64,000 bases of DNA from the human T2T-CHM13v2.0 reference genome, Homo sapiens: NCBI RefSeq assembly GCF_009914755.1, contig NC_060928.1; one strand, 5' to 3'. Positions 1 to 64,000 of the stretch are shown here, piece by piece. Below the pieces are notes generated by a model. It was not told the DNA's origin. It saw nothing but the letters and a program-made list of their open reading frames with translations, and did not search any database. A program made the translations under genes and the position numbers. Every line of letters begins with the position of its first letter. Within the stretch, counting starts at the first letter, position 1.

Positions 1-346
1 TTATCCTTTATATATATGCATTTTATTATTCCTCAAAATTTAGTATGCTTTAAAAAGCTACCAGTATTTCAAATAAAAGTTTTATTCAAGTTCCTAAACT
101 TAAAACTGTTAATTTCAAAAGCAACATAATGAGCAAAAAAAGTATTTCCAAACATGGCATATGAAAGATGTCAATGAATTTTTACCAAATAATAAGCTAT
201 ATAGATCAATAAGAATAATAAGTAAACTACACAAAACCCTTGTGTTAGTATTACTATAATACAGAGAATATCAAGAACCTCAAATTACTTGTTTAAAAAA
301 GCCCACCAATTTGTGGAAGAATAAATTCCGCTCCCCCCCACCCGCC

Positions 347-803
347 TTTTTTTCTTTTTTAGACGGAGTCTTGTTCTGTCGCCTGGCTGGAGCACGGTGG
401 CGTGATCTCAGCTCACTGCAACCTCCGCCTCCCAGGTTCAAGTGATTCAGAAGGCCTCAGCCTTCTGAGTAGCTGGGACTACAGGCATGCACCACCACAC
501 CCAGCTAATTTTTGTATTTTTAGTAGAGATGGGGTTTCACCATGTTGGCCAGGATGGTCTCCACTGCTTGACCTCATCATCTGCCTGCCTCAGCCTCCCA
601 AAGTGCTGGGATTACAGGTGTGAGCCACCATGCCCAGCCTCTTTTTTTTTTTTTAATTAGAAAAAATTTAAAAAGCTTTTTTTGTAGAGACTGGATCTCC
701 CTATGTTGTCCAGGCTGTTCTCAAACTCTTGGGCTCAAACGATCCTCCTGCCTTGGCCTCCCAAAGTGCTGGGATTATAGTGTGAGCCACTACACTCAGC
801 CAA
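347..803 (-). mobile_element. Alu plus Alu monomer (antisense)
   Basis: Poly-T heads and Alu consensus segments. Confidence 0.85.
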
Positions 804-1357
804 AACCAGTTTCTTGAGCTCCCACCCAAGTGTTTGCAGAGATCCAGATGGGGTTGAGAAAAAAAAAACACATGAACAAGATAAGAGGGAAATAGAGGGT
901 CTAAAATGAAATAAGATCACCTCCAGAGAGAAAAAGCCTACCCAAATATAAAAATACTGAAAAAAGAATGTTGGTTGATTAAAGCATTGTTTATAGGAAG
1001 ATATTTAAAATGCATGTGGGACTCTAGGAGGCAGTCTTCGAAAGGCAATGCTTTTAGGGGAGAGAATGGGTGAAAAGGGAGGTGCCTTTTGGAAGCTCAG
1101 CCATGAGAGGAAGAGGAAAAAAGGACAAAATTTACAATCTTGTAGGGCAAAAGGAAATTAAACAAACAAACAAACAAACTTGCATTCCTCTCCCACCCCA
1201 AGTCATCCATTAAAGAAAAATACTTTGCTACTCTGACAGAAGAGAACACTCTTGAACTGGGATCTCATAAATCATTCCAAATGACTGTGTTGTCCAAGAT
1301 ATGCAGAGGCACAAGCAGTTCTCATCTATACAAAACTACTATATAAAAAGAAAACAA

Positions 1358-1667
1358 GGCTGGGCATGGTAGCTCATGCCTGTAATCCCAGCACTTTGAG
1401 AGGCCAAGGTGGGCAGACCATGAGGTCAGGAGATCGAGACCATCCTGGCTAACACAGTGAAACCCCATCTCTACTAAAAATACAAAAAAAAATTTAGCCA
1501 GGCAAGGTGGCCGGCGCCTGTAGTCCGAGCTACTTAGGAGGCTGAGGCAGGAGAATGGCGTGAACCTGGGAGGCGGAGCTTGCAGTGAGCCAAGATTGCA
1601 CCACTGCACTCCAGCCTGGGCAAGAGAGCGATACTCTGTCTCAAAAAAAAAAAGAGAAAAGAAAACC
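1358..1667 (+). mobile_element. AluY-like
   Basis: GAGATCGAGACCATCCTGGCTAAC and GGCGTGAACC diagnostic segments, A tail. Confidence 0.85.
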
Positions 1668-2711
1668 AATAAGAACCCAAACTCTTCATCTCATAAAAAT
1701 TTCCCTTCCTGAAAGCAAACCATGAAGCAGAAAAACTGTAACACAACACTCCAAACAAAATTAAATATTCTCAAATAAAAATCTGGAGATATGAGGAGGA
1801 GTAGAAATGCTCTCTAAATAAGAAGTTAAAAAACTAAGAACCGACATGGACAAAAACTGGAAGAAATGATACAAAAGTTGACTGAGCTCAGGAATGAAAT
1901 AAAAGAAAAAGGCAAAATCATATTAGAAATAAAAACTAATAACTATAACTAAATAACTGGGTGTCCATAGAAAAACAGATTTAAATAAAAAACCTAATTA
2001 GGGCCACTGAAAAAATTTAAAAAGCAGGAAAACAATAAAGAGAATAAAAACGAGATAGGCCGGGCATGGTGGCTCAGACCTATAATCCCAGCACTTTGGG
2101 AGGTTGAGGCAGGAGGATTGCTTGAGGCCAGAAGTTAGAGACCAGCCTGGGCAATGCAGTGAGACCAAGCCTCTACAACAACAACAAAAAATTAGCCAGG
2201 AATGGTGGCCCATACCTATAGTCCCAGCCACTCAGGAGGCTAAGGTGGGATCACCTGAGCCTGGGAGTTCAAGGCTGCAGTGAGCTATGATGGTGCTACT
2301 GCACTCTAGCCTGGGTGACAGAGACCTAGTTCCTCCCCACTCCCCCTAAAAAAATATCTGTGAGGGAAGGAGAGGAAATAAAATGGAATACCAGTAGAAT
2401 TTGTGTTTCAAATGTATAACAGCCACACTGAAGCAGATTTTTTTAAACCCCAAACCAAGTAACATTTTAACACATTATTTTAATTATATACTCTCAGACT
2501 GAAGACAAAAAGTGCTGTAAATAAATACTGAATGTTTGTTTTTTTTGGAGTGGTATAATTTAACAATTCTGCAGTTACTTTCAGTGCATTCTAAGATTGA
2601 GGAAAACAGAAATATATTAATAAACACAGGGATGAGGTTTCTCATTATTGGAGAAAGGAAGTACAAATATGAAAAAGAGGAAGACTATATAGCAAGTCCT
2701 GTACGGGATTA

Positions 2712-3244
<533 letters not shown>

Positions 3245-3756
3245 TCAAAAAAAAAAAAAAAAAAAAGAAAGTCAAGCAACATAGAGATTATAAATAGACA
3301 AATAAGAAACTGCAGTGTTTTAAAAGATATTATACTAGATTGAATAAAAAGAGACAGACAATACAAAACATCAAGTGCCTTTGAACTTTTTTTTTTTTAA
3401 ATTTAGAGATAGGGTCTCCCCCAGGCATGGTGGCTCACTCGTAATCCCAGCATTTTGGGAGGCTGAGGAGGGTGGATCACTTGAGCTCAGGAGTTGGAGA
3501 CCAGCCTGGGCAGCATGGTGAAAAATAAATTTAAAAAGGTAATTTAGTTAGGCATAGTGGTGCCCGCCTGTGGTCGCAGTTACTTGGGAGGCTGAAGTAG
3601 GAGGATTGCTTGAGCCTGGGAGGTTAAGGCTGCAGCAAGCCAAGATCATGCTACTGCACTCCAGCCTGGGTGACAGAGTCAGACCCTGTCTCAAAATAAA
3701 TAAATAAATAAATAAAATTAATTAATTTAATTAAATTAAAAATAAAATAGAGATAA

Positions 3757-3855
<99 letters not shown>

Positions 3856-4438
3856 TGAGTACCACAGGCACACATCACCATGCCTGGCTAATTAAAAAAA
3901 AAAATTTCTTTTGTAGGAACAGGGTCTTGCTATGTTGCCCAGGCTGACCTCAAACTCCTGGCCTTAAGTGATTCTCCCACTCTGGTCTCTCAAAGTGCTG
4001 GGATTACAGGTGTGAGCCACTACACCTGAGCCTGAACTCTTGAACTTCAATATTCTTGAACTACATATAGGAAGCACATTGAGAAAGCTACCTAGCAGCA
4101 AACATGGGTTTATTGCTTATGGAAAAGGGAGAATGACTCAAATGAGAGAACCCAAAGCCAAGAAAAACCATTCCCAGAGAGAAGAACTGGGACATAATTA
4201 AGGAACTGGCCACATATGACTGGCTGGATTTCAGAACTGCTGCTGTGCACTACCCATTTTCCTTCTTTATGAATGAGAGTATACTATGGTTATCCTATTT
4301 CTAGTTTCACTGTTTTATGTAGTGTCTCTTTAGTTCACTGGTCTTCAGATTAAGAAGAACTGTAACTTGTGAAACTGTACTGAAGGTGTATCACTCACAC
4401 TCGGACTTGATTTAGAATACTGGATCTGAGTCTGATGC

Positions 4439-5530
<1,092 letters not shown>

Positions 5531-5629
5531 TTTGAGTTTTTCCTAATAGAAACTATAATGGAAAAGCCTTTTGGGGGTTAATATATTTTGCATGTGGGAG
5601 GAACAGAAACAATTTGTGACCAGAGGGCA

Positions 5630-6170
5630 GATTTTAAAGATGACCACAAATTATTTGACACTCTTCTCATGAAGAGGTGGTCTGATCCCCTTTCCTTTCA
5701 ATCTAGGTCTTAACGGTTTTCTAGTAACCAACAGTATGCAGCGGAAATGACACTGTATAACTTCTGAGGTTGGCTCAGAAGACTTCTTGCATTTTCTGCC
5801 TGGATATCTTAAAATGCTCATTTTCTGGACATTCCCTCTCAAAACCTAGTTTCTATGCCATAAAGACTGAAGCCACATGGAAAGGCCATATGTAGTTGCT
5901 CCAGTCAAAAGCTGAAAAGCCCCAGTTGCCTCCAATTATCAGCTGTTGGTCATGTGAGTGAGTCACCTGGGTCATCCAGCTCTGCTGGGCCTTATGACTA
6001 TAGCTCCAGTCAACTTCTGACTACAGTTGCCTGAGACCCAAGTGAGAAGCACCCAGCTGCACCCCTCCAGAATTCCTAATCTACAAAAACATGAGCAAAA
6101 TAAGATGGCTGTTTTAAGCCACTAAATTTTGGAGTTAGACTCTGTTATGTAGCGTATGTACGTGGAAAAA
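5630..6170 (+). mobile_element. MaLR (MLT1-type) LTR
   Basis: AAAGATGACCACAAATTATTTGACACTC... to ...TGTTTTAAGCCACTAAATTTTGG...TGTTATGTAGC. Confidence 0.7.
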
Positions 6171-7725
6171 TCAGAATTAGGGTTATCAGTATGAGCTCAT
6201 GGCCTTCAGTAATTTACACATAAGTATAGAAAAATACATAGACATACATCAGCTAGGGTGGTCCTAGCTAGTGCCCTAGTTCCATGGGCCCTAGAGCTGA
6301 CTTCTGGGCAAGTTCAACAGTACATTGTAGGCAGCTTCCTTGCAGTTTTGTCAGCACTCCGTGGGCAGTTTCTGCTTATTAGCCTTGGCTGTAGCACCAC
6401 AACAAACTTCCCAGCATCCAGTGGCAATGAAGTCCGGATCCCATCCACAGGGGTGCTGTGGGGTGGGGGTGGACCGTCTCTCAAATGTATTCCTTCCTGA
6501 ATTCTTTAAAGTTCTGTTGACCCCTTAGACGCCTGTTCAAATTACTGTGTGGTTTCTGCCTCCTAATGATTAGATGCTGACAGACACAGCCAGAAAGTAA
6601 GAAAATACTTCAAGAATGATGATGACAGGTCAAAAAGCCACACAAACCAGTTTTCAGGGGCTTCCACTGGCCAAATCTGAGGCCATTTGAGCACCAAAAT
6701 AAGTAATGTTATTAATGGGTTATAACCCATTGAATATGTTTGAACCTATGAGCACATACTGATAAATGAATAAATAAAGGAAAAGCTTTTCCTCACAGTA
6801 AAACATCAGTAAATAAATCCAGAAGGGATAATGAAGTTAGAAAATCACCTCTTGATAAGCATCATGGAAATAATGGAGTTAGGCAAACATCACTAGTAAA
6901 TGCTGAAACAAGTGTGTGAAAGTTTAATGAACCTTTTTTTTTTAGGTGCTATAGCAAAGGAAATGACTATAACTTCATCCCTACCAACCCCAAGAACTCC
7001 TAATTTAACGGGACAAGGTCAATCTTAGTGGTTTCATCTATAAATTGGGGGTAACACTGACTTTGTCCACCTCATAGGTTTGTTGTAAAGAACAATTAAG
7101 GTAATGTAAGCAATGTGAGCACCATTAAAAAATGATGGAAAGCTAATTCTGATTTATATATGAAAATAGTAAAACAATGAAGCTTCAAAGAAGCCAAGCA
7201 ATTTCAGACTTAGAACCACAGTTGAGATCAAGAAGGAAACAATCTCAAATTGCTGTGGAATGGCTTTACCCACAGGGAGCAGAAGGCAATGGCAAACTGG
7301 GTTGCATCTAGCAAAGGGTAACTAGGACAGTGAATGGCCTAAAACTTGATTATTTAATACAGATAAAAGCAACAGAAAAGAGAAACCCTTGGGGGCAATA
7401 AGAGCTGTTTTTGAATATGTGAAAAACAGCATACAAACAAAAAAAGAGTCCAGTTCCAGAGGTAGTACTCTGATGCAATGGTAGAAATTTTAAGAAGGCA
7501 AAATTTAGCCTCAGTATATCAGGATAATTTTTGTAACACTAAGAGTGTACAAAAATAGACAACCTAATTTTTGATGATGCAGGCTCCTTGTCAGTGCTGG
7601 TGCTCAAAGGTGGAGAGACCAGATGCTGGGATGCTGAGGAAAGGATTCCTGTGAAGAGAACTTTGGGAGACAGAGCTCAGTGACTTCCAGGGTTCTTTAT
7701 ACTTCAATGAACCCTTGAAATTGTC

Positions 7726-8602
<877 letters not shown>

Positions 8603-8819
8603 TGAAATTTTCTTTATTTTTTAGCAGGTCCTTTTTTTGTTTTGCAAGGCTTGTGTCACAACAGATGCATTATTTTTACTCACAAATAAGAGTATGTACT
8701 TTTGTATCTATAGAAATAAACAGTTATGCAATGTGAAATGTTTTTGTTCTGATGTCTATAATACAAGGAAATAACACTACGCAAGATTATTAAGGTTAAA
8801 AAATGGTTTGTTTGCTTAC

Positions 8820-47760
<38,941 letters not shown>

Positions 47761-47777
47761 GGCAAGGACCCAGGGCC

Positions 47778-47819
47778 CTATTCAGACGTCGTTCTCAGTG
47801 ACCCAGACGCTAAGCCCAT
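47778..47819 (-). other. uORF in HELQ 5' leader (MGLASGSLRTTSE*)
   Basis: ATG GGC TTA GCG TCT GGG TCA CTG AGA ACG ACG TCT GAA TAG, ending 17 nt before the main ATG. Confidence 0.55.
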
Positions 47820-48003
47820 ATGGAAGGGAGAGTGGGACGCCGGAGCCCGCTTCTACATCCACCTTGGGAAAAGACCCCAAGTTAGCTCTCAGGGCTCGCG
47901 GACCGGAAGCACGCATAAACTTCTACCCTGTCCAATCATAAGCCTCACGTGACCTGCCGCGTAGGGAGGGCACGAACAGAAAGGTGCTGCGCATGCGTAT
48001 TGA

Positions 48004-53289
<5,286 letters not shown>

Positions 53290-53912
53290 CTTATTTTACA
53301 GTAAGTGGTTGTATGATGCCAATACTGACTCAAACCAACCTTTGGATAGAAAAGTGTTTGAGGAGTGAGGTAAAGAATGACACTTCCCCTTCATACCAAT
53401 GTCCATTAAGCAGATTGCTTATTTAAAATGTTAACACTCATCACATTTTATCTATGTTGAATAAATGTGGTTCTGTGTGATTGTCATTTATATCTGATCC
53501 CCAAATAGCTCATACAATAATCCATTCAATAGAATGGAATTAAAACTGTTCAGAATGATTTTCCAACTAGCAAATATAAGTATGCCTGGTTAAGATATCT
53601 TCCCTTTGTAGAAATGTTACATTGGGATGGATAGTGGTGCTGTCACAGAAGGACAAAATATTCCTAGACGAGTCTATCCTCAAACCAGTAGTGTCTTTTA
53701 CATGAAGAGATGATTTACACCTAATAGACATTGAATATGATAGACATACATGTATATATGTATCAGTTCTGAGTTCCACTGGCCTATCCCAAATACACTG
53801 GATTACCAGGCTTGTACTGTATTCAAAATGATAGATTTGCTAAATTTCATGCAAAGGACTCTAAACTAGGGGAGAGATTACTGTTTGTGTTGTGTTATAG
53901 TTGTGTAATAAT

Positions 53913-54017
53913 TAAGGCTGCCAGATTTAGCAAGTACAAATGTAGGACAAATTTAAATTTTAGATGATGTTTTGCAAATTTATTGCATGATATCCAGCAT
54001 TTTATCTGGCAACTCTA
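53913..54017. mobile_element. MER53-like MITE, internally deleted
   Basis: TIRs TAAGGCTGCCAGAT / ATCTGGCAACTCTA. Confidence 0.65.
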
Positions 54018-54127
54018 GCCATAATGTACTTCTAAAAAAGTATCACTTAAGGAGAATTTTAATGACTCAGATAAATTTTCATATAAATTTCTTTCCATAT
54101 TTTGAAAATAAGGCTATTCTTGCTTTT

Positions 54128-54258
54128 CCATTTTATTTTTTAATAGACATGGTCTCAATACGTTGCCCAGGCTGGTCTCTAACTCCTAGCTTCAATCAAT
54201 CCTCCTGACTTGTCTTCCCTAAGTGCTGGGATTACAGGTGTGAGCCACTGTGCCTGGT
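54128..54258 (-). mobile_element. Alu monomer (FLAM-like) in ABRAXAS1 3' UTR
   Basis: Single Alu arm with T-rich head. Confidence 0.75.
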
Positions 54259-54534
54259 CTCACTTTTCCAATTCTAAAGAATGTGTTGTGTAAGCCTTCC
54301 CCTCAACAACTTAGTGAAAGGTGAAAAAAAGGTTTGGAAATAAAAGCATCTGATGTTTGAAAAAGTACTTTGTGAAGTAAATGCACTAAGAGTTATCTGT
54401 GTATTACTGCAAACAGGTGAACATAGTAAAAACAAATGAACTTACTGCAAGTAGCTCAACATAGTAAAAACAATAGAAATGTTTGGCTTTACCCATCAGC
54501 CAAATAAAAAAATCTCCTTGTAAGGTTAAAAGGA

Positions 54535-62493
<7,959 letters not shown>

Positions 62494-63248
62494 TTAATAG
62501 TTACAATGATATGTCTTACTATTATAATTAAATAAAATAAACAACCTTAAAATGGCTTTCTTAATATTTAGAAAGATTTGGGGCATATATAAACAAAGAA
62601 TACATTTAATCATATGCTTTACTTTTGTAAAACATACAAACTGACTTACTTTCCATTCATTTGAAAGGGTACGGTTTTCATCAATATAGATTAAAAGGGA
62701 GAAATAAATTCTTGACTTTCTGTAGTTTCTTTTATGGCATTTGCTATCTTGCAATCTCACTCTTTAGTCAAAATTTAAATGAAAAAAATATCAATGCCAT
62801 TGATTCACTTAAAAGGCAATCCCTCCCTGAAAATAAATTAATCGCCTGTATGGACACTTGGTTTGTTAAATAAGTTAAGCTGAACCCTACAGCTTTTACC
62901 TAAAATTTTTATGGGAATGATATCACCTACCCGACAAACTTGGCTTCAAGATTAAGATCACATTAAAGGATTTTGTAAACTACAACATACTAAGCAAATG
63001 TGTTAATACTACTAGACCTTTTTTTAACTTGGAAAATAATTCTCCTTTACTTAAGACAAAGAGAAAACCAATCACTTTGCTTAGAGATCTGTGAGTTTCA
63101 GCAACTAAATTATATATTTGCACATTTGAATTGAGGAAATTAAAATTAGTTTTTAAAAATAAGGCATTTTTACAGGTGCAATTTTAAATACTCAAATAAT
63201 AATTGGGGGGAAAAAACACAAGCATTTTCAGCCAAACATATTTGTTGA

Positions 63249-63386
<138 letters not shown>

Positions 63387-64000
63387 TAGCTCAGATTACA
63401 GGCATGCGCCACTACGCCCGGCTTTTTTTTTTTCTTCTGTTTTTAGTAGAGATGGGGTTTCACCGTGTTGGTCAGGCTGGTCTCGAACTCCTGACCTCGT
63501 GATCCGCCCTCCGCAGCCTACCAAAGTACTGGGATTAAAGGCATGAGCCACTGTGCCCAGCCAAGAAACATCTTTCAATTAATCTATTTTTATTTTCAAA
63601 TCAAAGTTTTAAGAGAAAAAGTAGTGCCTTGAAAAAATTTTGTGTTTGGGGAAAAAATCCATTTTGATCATTCAACAACTTTTAACCAAACACAAAGTAT
63701 GTTATAGAGGATCCAAATTCAGTGCTATATAGGAAACATCCCTGCAGTATCTATCAAAAATAATAACTGAGGCCAGGCATGGTGTGTGGTGGCGGGTGCC
63801 TATAATCCCAGCTATTCAGGAGGCTGAGGCAGGAGAATCGCTTGAACCCAGGAGGTGCACGATGTAGTCAGCCTAGATCACACCACTGCACTCCAGCCTG
63901 GGTGACAGAGCAAGACTCCGTCTCAAAAAAAACAAAACAAAAAAAACCAAAACACTACAGCCAAGTAAAATAACAGAACTGATTAGGTCACAGAATAAAT

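Overview
Human (or very close hominid) genomic DNA matching the 4q21 HELQ / MRPS18C / ABRAXAS1 (FAM175A) locus, recognised from the proteins. I reconstructed 17 coding exons of HELQ (minus strand, ATG 47760 to 8820). All have GT-AG boundaries and add up to 3198 nt (1066 codons) in one frame; the last exon lies left of the window. MRPS18C is complete (plus strand, 6 exons, 48145-53264, 142 aa) and sits head-to-head with HELQ across a 384-bp CpG-island promoter. The last five coding exons of ABRAXAS1 (minus strand, 62463 to stop 54535, ending in the BRCA1-BRCT-binding SPTF motif) converge on MRPS18C. The rest is very Alu-dense intron with old L1/L2/MIR, MaLR/ERV LTRs and hAT/Tigger DNA transposons; most short ORFs in the supplied track are Alu artefacts. 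I see no evidence for a wholly new biological system. The best leads are RNA-processing features: an ABRAXAS1 poly(A) signal inside an MRPS18C splice acceptor, an intronic poly(A) signal right after HELQ exon 2, two HELQ uORFs, a weak in-frame exon carrying half of the Walker B motif, an inverted Alu pair, a strand-specific hairpin, two ~1.7-kb-spaced local duplications, and three known missense alleles. Repeat boundaries and subfamily names are approximate, by-eye calls.
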